Assembly (NCBI GenBank): GCA_951406725.2
Contig: OX597821.1
Span: forward strand, 86,800,001-86,864,000
Source: Octopus vulgaris
Lineage: Eukaryota
Direction of reading: 5' to 3'
DNA length: 64,000 bases
Below, one piece after another: positions 27,560-39,781 of this stretch. Position 1 is the stretch's first letter. Each line of letters starts with the position of its first letter. The notes under the pieces are model-generated. The model ran no database searches. It was given only the letters and a program-made list of their open reading frames with translations, and was not told the DNA's origin. The position numbers were made by a program, and so were the translations under genes.

Positions 27560-28101
27560 TTTATTGAATAAAATTTGAAACATTATTCACATCTGTGCAG
27601 ACATTTACATCTTAGCATATAAGCATTTATTTACAGACATACTTGCATGCACATTCCTATACACATATATGCAGACGTCCGTGTTTGCGTGTGCCATCAT
27701 ATTCTCACATATATACTTTACACATTATATACATGCATATGTACTTTTACACACACACACATGCATACTTGTATATTTGTATATGGCATAGTCATGCACA
27801 TTCACATGTGTGTGTGTGTGTGTTTGTGTTGTGTGTTTGTGTGGTGTTGGTATTGGTGGTGTTGTTGTTGTTGGTGGTGGTGGTGGTGTGTGTGTGTGTG
27901 TGTGTGTGTTTGTTTATTTGAATGAAAGCACAGGTATGGCTCTGTGGTAAGAAGTTTATTTCCCAACCACATGGTTTTGGGTTCAGTCCCACTGAGTAGA
28001 ACCTTGGATATGTGTCTTCTGCTTTAGTCTTGGGTTGACTAAAGACTTGTGAGTGGTTATGGCTTACTAAAACTGAAAGAAGCCAGCTGCAGATATATAT
28101 A

Positions 28102-28332
28102 TTTTTTTACTACCCACAAGGAGCTAAACACAGAGGGGACAAACAAGGACAGACAAACAGATTAAGTCGATTACATCGACCCCAGTGCGTAACTGGTACT
28201 TAATTTATCAACCCCGGAAAGATGAAAGGCAAAGTCGACCTCGGCCGAATTCGAACTCGAAACGTAACAGCAGACGAAATACGGCAATGCATTTCGCCGA
28301 GCATGCTAACGTTTCTGCCAGCTCACTGCCTT
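28102..28332 (-). mobile_element. SINE family B
   Basis: Matches AAGGCGGCGAGCTGGCAGAAACGTTAGC...GAGTTCAAATTCCGCCGAGGTCGACTTTGCC. Other copies at ~12080, 33963-34622, 40329-40750, 47078-47303, 49350, 52878-53108, 55351-55582 and 62035. Confidence 0.85.
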
Positions 28333-28434
28333 CATACTGTAGATATATATATATGCGTTTGGGTGATGGGTATGTTTGTTTGTGTGTGTGCATGTGTGTG
28401 TCTTTTTTTGCGTCTACTCCATGATCACTTGACA

Positions 28435-29183
28435 ACTGGTTTGATCTGGTTTGGACTAATCTGGACCGGTCCAAACCAGTTTGGATTGGTCTGATCTGGC
28501 TTGGACTTGTCTGAACCAGTTTGGACTGATCTGATCCAGTTTTGATTAGTCTGATCTGGTTTGGACTGGTCTGATCGAGTTGTAACCAATCTGGACCAGT
28601 CTGATAGTTTGGACTGGTCTCATCTGGATTTCATCAAACATTTTCATCAACAGAACAGTTTGCTTGTGAAATTAACTTGCCTGTGGCTGAGCGCTCCACA
28701 GAAATGTGTGCCTTTAATATAGTTCTAAGAGAGTTTCAGTGTGACAAAGGGTGTGACAAGCCTGGCCCTTTGAAATACAGGTACTACTTCACTATAGTTT
28801 GAACTGGTTTAGATGGGTCTGATACAGTTTGGACCAGTTTGAACCAGTTTTGAATGGTCTGATCCAGTTTTGACTGGTTCGAGCAAGTTTGGACCAATCT
28901 AATTTTGTCTGGATCAGTTTGAACTGGTCTGATCTGGTTTGGACCAGTCTAGGCCAGTCTGGACTGGTCTGAACCAGTTTGGATTGGTCTGATTCGTAAC
29001 TGGTCTGACCATTCAGATCTGGTGTGAACCAGTCTGATTTGGCTTTGATAGGTCTGATCTGGTCTGGACCTGTCTGGGTCAGTCTGGGCCAGTCTGGGCC
29101 AGTCTAGGCCAGTGTGAACCAGTCTGGATTGGTCTGATCTGGTTTGGACCTGTCTGAACTGGACTGATCTGGTTTGGACTGGT
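28435..29183. repeat. 10-bp-period minisatellite (CTGGACCAGT/CTGATCTGGT/TTGGACTGGT variants) interrupted by a SINE fragment (~28645-28790)
   Basis: Visible decamer periodicity on both sides of the insertion. Confidence 0.88.
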
Positions 29184-29252
29184 TAAGGTTACAGTTAGGG
29201 TGAGGGTTGGATTAGGGTTAAGGTTAAAGTTAGGGTTAAGTATAGGGTAAGG
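29181..29252 (+). repeat. Degenerate interstitial (TTAGGG)n-like tract
   Basis: GGTTAAGGTTACAGTTAGGGTGAGGGTTGGATTAGGGTTAAGGTTAAAGTTAGGGTTAAG... Confidence 0.7.
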
Positions 29253-29375
29253 ATTTGTGTTTGCAGTTTGGAAAAAATGACCTATAAAATATGTACTGGG
29301 ATTGATTTGTTTGACTACAGCCATCAAGGCAGTGCCACAGCATGGTCACAGTCCACTGACTGAAACAAGTAAAAG

Positions 29376-29446
<71 letters not shown>

Positions 29447-30160
29447 TGCCTACATACACCCCTTAAATATATATTCACACAAACACATCTATGTATGCTT
29501 ACACATTCAACTTTACACGTACACACCATATATACACACCTTTACACACATACTGAAACTAATAAATGTTCACACAAACATTATTTACACACATCATGAC
29601 ACATTGTAACTCCATAAGACCGACTCCTAAACTTTTCATGAAAACAATAGCCCAAGCTTTGTTCTGGGGGATGAGGTCTTACATACCCATTTCTGAATAG
29701 TGTACCTTCTACAGCACCAAAGACCAGTTCCTACAGAGACCCTGAGTACAATGGGTGTACATCCCTCATCACTGACAGCTGTGGGTTTCACTGCATTGTC
29801 CTGCATTGGCTGTTTTTATACTTTTGTTACTATACTGACACATATCTCATACTACTGAGCTACTCTATAATTGTGGTGCACATGCATGTACACACACACA
29901 TGCACCCCCCCCCACACACACACACATCCACGTATACACATCCACACACACACAAACATGCACACATGTACGCGAACCCCCCACACACATTTGTATGTAG
30001 ACATATTGCCAAACAAATATATTGTAAGTATTAACTATATATATATATACATATATACATATAAATATATATGGTGTGTGTATATACATATATATATATA
30101 CATACAAATATTAACGGCAGCTCTGAGATGAAACTAGAGAGAGAAAAAAAAATATATATA

Positions 30161-30224
30161 TGGCGGTGCCCCAGCATGGCCACAGCTCGTGAGCTGAAAC
30201 TAGAATCAATCAATCAATCAATCA
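30161..30224 (+). mobile_element. Extreme 3' stub of the CR1-group LINE in (TA)n
   Basis: TGGCGGTGCCCCAGCATGGCCACAGCTCGTGAGCTGAAACTAG(AATC)n; another stub on - at ~56520-56583. Confidence 0.85.
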
Positions 30225-30425
30225 TATATATATAGATGTGTGTATTTTTCCCTTGTTAACAATTAACATGGAAAAAATATATAAATAGTTACCATAGTAG
30301 CAAAAAATCACACAAGTAAAAAGGTTGTTTTTAAAGGTAGAAACTTCGGGTTTACATGAAATATTTTGTATAATATATATAAATAAATAAATGGAGTTAA
30401 ACGCAGGTGTTATTCAAACTTTTTT

Positions 30426-30514
30426 ACTTCTGACACATGTTTCGAAGATATCACTGGTATTATTCCAAAGGAATATAATGGTGTAAAACAATGTAATCTT
30501 CTCTTCAGGGAAGT
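30426..30514 (-). ncRNA. Hammerhead ribozyme, left arm
   Basis: ACTTCC-CTGAAGA-GAAGAT...ATCTTC-GAAACATGTGTC-AGAAGT. Confidence 0.78.
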
Positions 30515-30981
30515 GAAGAAATGAAACTTGTCAATAAGACATTTTAACAGAAAATGATAGATATGTATAGTGATTAACTGAACGCTATAAAGATTGTTTC
30601 AAAAAAACGTTTTCTAAAAATCTCCTTGTAAACACGATTATAGAGCGTGCATACTGATGTAAACATTGGCAGAAACACACCTTTAGTTCATATAAGTGAT
30701 ATCTATTATTATATATAATTTAAACATTAATTTTCTTCTTACATTTCACATTCACTAGATATATCTTTTTCCAAGTCTATAAGGTTTTACTTAATATATA
30801 TATAGTCATATACTTCTCATTTATTTAGTTTTTCTTTCCTTTATCTCTCCTCTTCCTATAGGCTACTTTTGACGTTCTATCCTATAACGTTTTTTGAAGC
30901 AATATTAATAGCGTTCAGATAATCACTATACATATCCATCATTTTCTGTTAAAATGTCTTATTGACGAGTTTCATTTCTTC

Positions 30982-31068
30982 ACTTCCCTGAAGAGAAGAT
31001 TACATTGTTTTACACCATTTTATTCTTATACAATAAAACCAGTGATATCTTTGAAACATGTCGGAAGT
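30982..31068 (+). ncRNA. Hammerhead ribozyme, right arm
   Basis: ACTTCC-CTGAAGA-GAAGAT...ATCTTT-GAAACATGTC-GGAAGT. Confidence 0.8.
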
Positions 31069-31101
31069 AAAAGTATTTGAATAACACCTTCATTTAACAC
31101 C

Positions 31102-31159
<58 letters not shown>

Positions 31160-31310
31160 GGCAGGCTTCTTTCAGTTTCTGCCTACCAAATCCACTCACA
31201 AGGCTTTGGTCGATCTGAGACTCAAGGTGCCATGCAGTAGGACTGAACCAGAACCATGTGGTTGGTAAGCAAGCTACTTACCACACAGCCATTCACACAC
31301 ACACACACAC

Positions 31311-31356
<46 letters not shown>

Positions 31357-31407
31357 TCATCATCATCATCGTCGTTTAGCATCCGTTTTCCATGCTAGCA
31401 TGGGTTG

Positions 31408-31449
<42 letters not shown>

Positions 31450-31456
<7 letters not shown>

Positions 31457-33372
31457 ATTTGGGGATGGTCATGTTGCCAGTTTAGCCTATGAAAACACAC
31501 GCACTATATATTTGGTGTTCATTTGCTTCAACTTTATTTCATATCACTCATATTTTGACCAGAGATTTTTCATCACACTTCTGTTGCCTCATCAGTGGTC
31601 CTTTGATTTCTTCTTTCTTTTTTGTATGTCTTTCTTTACTAATGACCAGCCATTTTGTATTCCTATTGTATGTGTCTTTATTTGCGCATGCGTATACCCC
31701 TGTGTGTGTCTATGTTTAGTAAGTGTGTGTGTGTGGAGGAGAATGAGCCTGTATTATCAGTATCTCCTGTTATACATGTTCGTTTAATTTGTTTTTATTT
31801 TTATTTATTTTGTTCACGTGTTTATACCAACTTATTTTTTCTATTCCTTCTTTTTTTTTTGTATTTAATTTAATTTAACTTTTAGTTAATATATATAGCT
31901 ATTTAGTTCCATTTGTTTATCTGTGTGTTTTATTATATTATATTCATATTGTTATCAGTTTATGGGGATCTTATTCTGTCATGGGTTGTGGTGCGTTGGA
32001 GGGGGGTGGGGGCGCTAGGGTTCCATACTAGTTTCCTATTCAGGCTAGGTTTATCTTCTATTATGTGTGTAGCTTCTGTAATTTGTCTAAGCATTGCATC
32101 TGTTCAATGTGTGGACAAGATTTTAACTTTTAAGTTGTTGAGCGAGCCCCATGCTCCTGCTCGGTATGCTGGTACAGAACCAACGAGCTCTTCTCTTCCT
32201 TAAGTTCCCTTCAATGCTCATTTACCCGCACTCCTATGCTCCGTACTGTTTCCCCCATGTACGTTGTTGTCTTGTTACTGCACCGTCCCTCTGTACATCT
32301 TATACTATAGACTACATTCCTGGCTTTACAGTTTGTTTGTGGGCTAAATTTACATACAGTACAGTTCCTATCAGTACAGGGGGTTCTACTAAAAGGGTAG
32401 GTTCTACCGATTAGGGATTTAATAGTGTTGCCTGGCTTTTCTACAATCTTAATTCTTAGCATAAGTTTGTCTCGGGCCCTTTTAAAGTGGTATGCCAGTT
32501 TGCCTCTAGAGATGGTGTCGACAAACATGACACTCTGGTATTTGTGGCTATCATACCATGAGTTGGCATTCCCTATTTTCTTCTTAGTCCTTTCAATAGT
32601 GTTCCATGACTTGCTCCTATAGAGTGGGCAAATCCCATTCCTATCTTTATGTATGATAGTTTCAAATTTCCTCATGGCTCCTTTGTATACTCTGATCCTT
32701 TCTTTATGGCTGTATCCTGAGAACTGCATGCAGTGAACGAAGTATTGTATGTGTGTCTTTAACTCTGTAGGGTTGCACATGCAGAACACATTTCTCTGAT
32801 GAGGTCTGCCATCAATATATTGAATTTGGCATTGTCTGTGATAGCTGAGTTCCGGTGGATCAGGTATTTGGAGACCAAAGGTTTGGCATAGTGTGAATGA
32901 AGGATTCAGGTTTTATTATTCACAGTTTCCAGCCAGAGTTCTGTATCCAGTACTGGTAGTTTATGGTTAGGGTGTTTCGTAGGGCAGTCTATTGTGACCT
33001 TAATACTCTGGTGGATGGAGTTAGCTATTTGCTGGATGCTCTCCATACTATTAGTTTCTGTTTCTATTTCAAGAGTACGGAGCATAGGAGAGCGGGTAAA
33101 TGAGCATTGGAAGAAAGTTAAGGAAGAGAAGAGCTCATTGGTTTTGTACCAGCATGCCAAGCAGAAACACAAGGGCTCACTCAACAACTTAGAAGTTATA
33201 ATCTTGTCCACACATAGAACAGACACAATGCTTAGACAAATTACAGAAGCTACACACATAATAGAAGATAAACCTAGCCTGAATAGGAAACTAGAATGAA
33301 ACACTAGCACCTCCCCTCCAACACACCACAACCTATGACAGAATAAGATCCCCATAAACTGATAACAAGTAA
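31450..33372 (-). mobile_element. 5'-truncated Penelope-like element (Naiad-like) with an inverted copy of its 3' end at the 5' junction
   Basis: Minus-strand RT C-terminus (IANSIHQSIKVTIDCPTKHPNHKLPVLD) and GIY-YIG (NCKARNVVYSIRC...YMGETVRSIGVRVNEH); ~33072-33372 (+) is an inverted duplicate of ~31945-32243. Confidence 0.85.
31557..31600 (-). ncRNA. Decayed hammerhead ribozyme in the PLE 3' region
   Basis: GACCA-CTGATGA-GGCAACAGAAGTGTGAT-GAAAAATCTC-TGGTC: stem I and core intact, stems II and III mismatched. Confidence 0.6.
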
Positions 33373-33494
33373 ACAAGTAAAAGAGTATAATCCACATTGA
33401 AAATGTATTGACAGTAAGCATAATGATGGCAGTACTTGTAATGTTATTATTTCCATTCATGCAATATCTTGCAAAGGATAATGGAGGTGTTTTC

Positions 33495-33942
33495 CTTTCT
33501 CCTTTATCTTGCTTCAGTCATTGGACTGCAGCCATGCTGAGGGGGCCCTGCTTTGAAAGGATTTAATCAAACAAAATTGACCCCAGTACTTATTTTTGAT
33601 TCTACACCTGGTACTTATTCAATTGGTTGCTTTTGCCAAATTGCTAAGTTATGGGGCCATAAATAAACCAAAATCAGTTGTCAAGAAGTGTGTGTGTGTG
33701 TGTGTGTGGTGGGGGACAAACACATATACAAAGACATACACATGTGCACACACACACACATGCACATATATCTATACACATAGATACATCTTCATACAGT
33801 TTCCATCTACTAAACTCACTCACAAGGCATTGCTTGACTCAGAGGCTATAGGAGAAGACACTTTCCTAAGGTACCACATAGTGGGACTGAACCCAAAACC
33901 ATATGGTTGCAAAGCGAGCTTCTTAACTACACTGCCATTCCT
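33495..33942 (-). mobile_element. Diverged SINE family A
   Basis: Tail, internal (TG)/(CA) tract and head are recognisable. Confidence 0.72.
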
Positions 33943-33962
33943 GTATGTATAATATTAGTTTC

Positions 33963-34622
33963 AAGGTGACGAGTGACCCAGGATCCCAAATGTTAGCATG
34001 GCGGGCAAAATGCTTAGCAGTATTTCGTCTGTCTTTACGTCCTGAGTTCAAATTCTGCCAAGGTTGACTTTGCCTTTCATCATTTGAGGGTTGATAAATT
34101 AAGTACCAGTTGTGTACTGGGTTGATCTAATCGACTGGCACCCTCCCCCAAAATTTCAGGCCTTGTGCCTAGAGTAGAAAAGTGTAATATTAATTTCAAA
34201 TTTTGGCACAAGGCCAGCAATTTCAGAGTAGAGTTTAAGTCAATGACATCGACCCCAGTGCTCAACTGGTACTTATTTTATCAACCCTGAAAGGATGACA
34301 GGCAAAGTAGACCTTGGCAGAATTTGAACTCAGAATGTAAAGACAGATGAAATGCCACTTAGCATTTTGCCCTGCCATGCTAGCATTTCTGTCAGATCAG
34401 CACCTTTAAAGGTAAAGTAGACTTTGGTGGAATTTGAACTCGGAGTGTAAAAATAAGCAAAATGCCACCAAGCATTTTGTCCTGCCATGGTAATGATTCT
34501 GCCAGCTTGCCACCTTTAAAGACAAAGTCGACTTTGGTGGAATTTGAACTCAGAATGTAAGGATGGATGAAATGCTGCTAAGCATTTTGCCTGGCATGCT
34601 TAAAATTCTCTCAGCTTGCAGC
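33963..34622. mobile_element. Cluster of SINE-B: one + copy, then a - copy with a triplicated head
   Basis: GGCAGAATTTGAACTCAGAATGTAAAG-like segment repeated at ~34315, 34427 and 34536. Confidence 0.78.
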
Positions 34623-35100
34623 TTCCCTGACCCTATAATGTCAATATAACTTTGCATTATATTACTCACAGTTGTAACTTTCTGGAACTCTCCTCAGGTT
34701 ACTGGGGGAAGCAAGGAAGAAGACTGTTATTATTTTGTATCTCAAGGATGTATAAAGGACTGAAGCAAACACCCTGTCTGTATATATGACATCTTAACAT
34801 TGGCATAAAAGTAAATTGAAGCAGTTCAGAAGTATTGAAGACAGATCCCTTAGGAAAATTTTATGCTTATAAATATTTGCAGAGATCTATAGTTAAAAAA
34901 TTAAAAATTACAGAAATGTAACAAAATGTTTCAAATGTTTAAACATTGTTTGAAATCTCACAAACAATTTTAGTACAGAAGCTGAATCATAAAGAGTTGG
35001 TAAGTATCAGAGAGATATGATGTATAAAACTATGGTTTTCATAGGGGTTGTACATATATGTGTATGCATGTATGCATACATGCACACATACATGGGCACA

Positions 35101-35181
<81 letters not shown>

Positions 35182-35191
35182 ACACACACAC

Positions 35192-35400
35192 AACCTGCAA
35201 AATATGGTTGAACTTAGGGTCTTTGAAAGAGAACACAACTCCTTAATTCATATGCTACTCATCATTTGGGATGGCAAAAATTCTGCAAGACCTTCTTAAG
35301 ATTTAAAGGATGATGAACAAAACCTGATGCATTCACACACAACCTTGCTACCAAGTAGGTGGCTGGTCAAAATTTACTCTAAATTAAAAAAAGTAAAAGG

Positions 35401-35402
<2 letters not shown>
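35192..35402 (+). mobile_element. 3' stub of R4/Dong-like family A in (CA)n
   Basis: TGCAAGACCTTCTTAAGA...AACCTTGCTACCAAGTAGG..GTCAAAATTTACTCTAAATTAAA matches the reverse complement of ~22075-22260. Confidence 0.75.
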
Positions 35403-35441
<39 letters not shown>

Positions 35442-35518
35442 TACACACATACATACATACATACATACATACATACATACATACATACATACATACATAC
35501 ATACGTACATACGTACAT

Positions 35519-36490
35519 AAAGTCGCACGACTCCACTGCAACATATCATCAGATGAAAGGATGAGCCTATACGAGCAGAAAACTATGTATGGATATGTTA
35601 GTAGACAGCTCTGTGATGAAAGTAACATCTATCATCAAAGCAGTTTATCAATGGACCAAGAGCCGGATTACTACCTCCCACTCTGAAGGGTATGACTTTG
35701 CAATCCAGTAACAGGAATTATCAACCAAGTATCTGATGCAGGAAAAGCCGTAAAATGTCATCACGGTATTATCTACTGATGAGACATGATGTTGTAGCTA
35801 GCATACTCTATAATGAAATCTGTTGGAAGGATAATCCCGAGGACAAAGAAATAAAAACCCACAATATAGTAGAAGCCATAGCTACTCATAATAAAAAGGA
35901 ATACTGGTGGAATGTACCTGTGAAGACCTCAATAAAATGTAAGCATAACAGACCAGAAATAATGATTTGGGATACAGAAGAGAAACTGTGCACAGTTGTG
36001 GAAATTAGCTGCCCAGCGAATGTTAAGATAAAGCTGGAGATCAGTGAAAAAGAGAATACCTACACTGAACTATTGAGAAATCTGCAGTTACTCTATCCAA
36101 AATATAAATTCAGGTTTATACCTGTAATTATTGGGGCCCTGGGATATGTAACACACCTAAGTACCAATCTTGAGAAATTAGGTTTCTCAAAACCAGAAAG
36201 GAGAAAGGTAATTCGAAGACTACAGATCCAATCCATCAGCGGAACTGTAAAAGTCTGTAAAACTTTCCAGAAGTTTATCAATTAAATGTATATGAGCATG
36301 TCTATGGTTTTTCATATATATATATATGAGAATACATACATAAAACATACTAATCTGCACATACATACATACATACATACATACCCTGTTGTTGATGTTG
36401 AAATTCCAATGAAGGAGCCTTGAATCTAGGTTAGAAACTGGTTATTTCTCTATTGGCAAGAAATCTTGAAATAAACTGGATAATGACACA
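35519..36490 (+). mobile_element. 5'-truncated R4/Dong-like LINE (family B), RLE domain
   Basis: ORF 35755-36285: RHDVVA, YWWNVPVKT, KHNRPEIMIWD, VVEISCP, PVIIGALG; (CATA)n at the 5' junction and downstream. Confidence 0.85.
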
Positions 36491-36632
36491 TGCACACACA
36501 CGCATACACACAAACACACACACACACACACATGCACACACACATGCACACACACATGCACACACACATATTATGTGTGTGTGTGTGTGTGTGTGTGTGG
36601 TGGGGTGAGTGTGTATACATATTCACACACAC

Positions 36633-36672
<40 letters not shown>

Positions 36673-36717
36673 GTATGTAAGTGTATATCTATCTGTCTAT
36701 GTATATACAAACATATG

Positions 36718-36756
<39 letters not shown>

Positions 36757-37291
36757 CATTCTACAAGCAAGTATTGGGAATGTTACATGATTTCCCCACT
36801 GATACATTGCTAATAGTCATCTTTATTCACAAGGTTATCCCCAACAGAAGTCAATTTAATTTCTGGCTTGGAAGAAAACATTTGAAATTATTGACTTCAT
36901 TGTAGATCATCTTTGTGTTTATTTTTATTCACTTTTAAAACACTGATTTATTGTCACTTATTCATTTATGTTTCTGTCATTTTATTATTATCATCATCAT
37001 CATCATCATCACCATCATCGTCATCGTCATCATCATCATTTAATGTCCATTTTCATACTGGTATGGGTTGGATGGATTGACAGGAGCTAATAAAGCCAGG
37101 AGTTGCACCAGGCTCCAATATTTGTTTTGGTATGTTTTCTATGGCAGGTTTCCTTTCCCAACACCAACCACTTTACTGAGTGTACTGGATGCTCTTTAAG
37201 TGGCATCAGTCCTTTTTATGTGGCACCAGTACTAGTGCTTTATATGTGACAGCAGTGCTTTATATGTGGAACCAACACCAAAGTATTCTAA

Positions 37292-37494
37292 CCCTTTTGT
37301 TACTGTATTTATTCTGAGATGCTCTGTGTTTCTTTCAATTAATTTTAGATATAACAAAGAATTTAGTAAGTTATCATTAAGCTGGTGTTAGGAACATAAA
37401 TTGTGACTAAGGTTTGGTGGAAGATTTTAATTCAAAATTTATGAAGACAAGACATTCATACTACAGCGCTAGAGGCGGTTTCAGCCAATAAGGG
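37292..37494. mobile_element. piggyBac-like MITE
   Basis: CTAA|CCCTT...AAGGG|TTAA termini. Confidence 0.6.
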
Positions 37495-38261
37495 TTAAAG
37501 GAGAACACTTTCAAGGATGTAGTCCTACACATGCCGTAATTGACAGAAAAATGCTGGGTTGGTCATGACTGCTGCGCTTTTGATCATAGGTCTGTTTGAT
37601 CATGGGGTTAAATAGCAATAACAACCATTTAAATCAAAACAGGGTGACAGTGCAAACAGTGATGTATGTGCATCCACCCGGTACTTTATTTATTGTGAGC
37701 CACTGCATCCTTCAAAACTTCCATGCTTTCTGAGATTCGCCAACACAACACCTGATTTTCTCCCCTCCATACAAACACAAGCATGTATCTGACTCATACA
37801 TTGTTCACTTTCCAGACATTTGTACATTACTGCATATGCTCTATACGCACTTTCTGACAAGTTGAGGTGCACCTGAGCACTGTATACAATAATTTCATTA
37901 TCATTATATTGTGTTGAGTTGTACCTATGCAACAAACAATTAACGCTTCTTTGCAACTTACACTGATTTGCAAGCTTAGGGTTGTTAAAGGATGAGACTA
38001 AAGCATGATATATGTGAGGTTGTATTTAGATATTCACCAGGATGCTTCCATGCGACAGATTTCTGTGTGAACAGAATTAAGCAGAACCACTTGACAACTG
38101 CAACAATAACAAAGCAACAACAATAAAGCAGTAGCAGCAGCAGCCACAGCAGCAGTAGAAAACACAACAACATCAACAACAACAACAAATCCATTATGGG
38201 TGAGTGAGTGTAATTATGTGGCAGTTGCTAAAAGGAAAGATTAAAATATTTTATATATATA

Positions 38262-38424
38262 GGCGCAGGAGTGGCTGTGTGGTAAGTAGCTTGCTTATGA
38301 ACTACATGGTTCCGGGTTCAGTCCCACTGCGTGGCATCTTGGGCAAATGTCTTCTACTATAGTCTCGGGCCGACCAAAGCCTTGTGAGTGGATTTGGTAG
38401 ACGGAAACTGAAAGAAGCCTGTCG

Positions 38425-38467
<43 letters not shown>

Positions 38468-38690
38468 TTGTGTGTTTGTGTGTCTGTGTTTGTCCCTCTA
38501 GCATTGCTTGACAACCGATGCTGGTGTGTTTACGTCCCCGTCACTTAGCGGTTCGGCAAAAAGAGACCGATAGAATAAGTACTGGGCTTACAAAGAATAA
38601 GTCCCGGGGGCGATTTGCTCGACTAAAGGCAGTGCTCCAGCATGGCTGCAGTCAAATGACTGAAACAAGTAAAAGTAAAAGTAAGTAAAG

Positions 38691-38691
<1 letters not shown>
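38262..38691 (+). mobile_element. SINE family A, full length
   Basis: A box TGGCTGTGTGG, B box GGTTCAGTCCC, internal (TA)n(TG)n, CR1-like tail. Other full copies at 39782-40191 (-), 45732-46130 (-), 48796-49196 (-), 57690-58087 (+) and 63535-63920 (-). Confidence 0.9.
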
Positions 38692-38728
<37 letters not shown>

Positions 38729-38734
38729 CATGTC

Positions 38735-38801
38735 GGCTATCTCTGATGAGCATATTTATACAATTGTATTTTTTGTGTGAAACTGATTGGTAAGAATAGC
38801 C
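38735..38801 (+). ncRNA. Hammerhead ribozyme in a ~115-bp TA-embedded cassette
   Basis: GGCTATCT-CTGATGA-GCATA...TGTGT-GAAACTGATTGGTA-AGAATAGCC. Confidence 0.75.
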
Positions 38802-38831
38802 ATGATGGATACATAATACTATAAAATTTAG

Positions 38832-38872
<41 letters not shown>

Positions 38873-38958
38873 AGAGTTTACGAAAAAAACAAAAGACGAA
38901 GACAGGTGGTGTACAAAACAAACAGATGTATTAGTATAACGCTCAGGAATAGAAAAAG

Positions 38959-38996
38959 TCTTTTACGTTTCGAGCCTACGCTCTTCTACAGAAAGA
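38959..38996 (-). ncRNA. Minimal hammerhead variant, same family as 12986-13023
   Basis: TCTTT-CTGTAGAA-GAGC gtag GCTC-GAAACGTA-AAAGA; the cassette ~38870-39030 is homologous to 12930-13121. Confidence 0.72.
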
Positions 38997-39136
38997 GACA
39001 CAGAAAAAACAAGGAGAGAAAAAAGGAGAAAGAGAGACAGAGAGAATGAGAGAAAGTGAGAGAAAGAGAGGAGAGAGAGAGACAGAGAGACTGTGGCAGT
39101 TGCTCCAGCATGGCCACAGTCAAATGACTGAAAAAG

Positions 39137-39179
<43 letters not shown>

Positions 39180-39781
39180 AGGAGAAATAGAGTAGTCAGT
39201 TCACTTAACTCCAAGTATGTAACTAAAACTTTTGCATTGCCCTGCCCACCACCACCACCACCATCAGAAGAATAAAGGACACATAAAAAAAAAATCAATA
39301 GTTTTAGAATCTGAATTCAGAACTACATGACTAAGCTACATGTCATAAATATTCAGTCAAACTATACATTATTTTTCACTAGTTGCATAGCTACTAATAA
39401 TTCTAAATATTTAAATATCTGTCATAAATATAGTAATCTGTGTTTTCAACAGCAGTTAACATCAATGGAATACTTTTGGAACTTTTTAATGACTTCAAAA
39501 TAACATGACAAAATTACATTTTTATTTCAAAAAAGTACATTTTATTGCCTGAATAAAACACCTGTTTTTGCCTTTTGCCAGTTTATGCCATATCAAAAGC
39601 TTACATGTGTTAAAACATACATTTTTAATATAAAAAAGAAGTTGTGATATAAAGAGTAAAATAGCTTTCAATATTGTATGAACTGGTGATAGAAAAAAGC
39701 AACAGATGCTGCAGTCCAGACCATAAATGTAGTTTAATGAATAAGAGGATTTTGGTCAAAGAAACTCTGCATTGTTGGGTA

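Larger units (their letters stand above)
30236..31107. mobile_element. Fold-back element (~222-bp arms, ~275-bp spacer, one-sided tail) with one HHR per arm
   Basis: 30387-30611 is the reverse complement of 30886-31107, roughly 90% identical by eye; (TA)n on both flanks. Confidence 0.85.

Noticed and set aside
32211-32908. In-frame TGA codons in the Naiad-like PLE as selenocysteine
   Set aside because: The TGA at 32211 corresponds to TGG (Trp) in the inverted copy, and the one at 32906 is not in an evident Cys position. Both look like decay.
38030-38195. Possible exon (TTTAG acceptor, GTGAGT donor, CAG/CAA-rich)
   Set aside because: All three frames contain stops, and there is no partner exon or homology.
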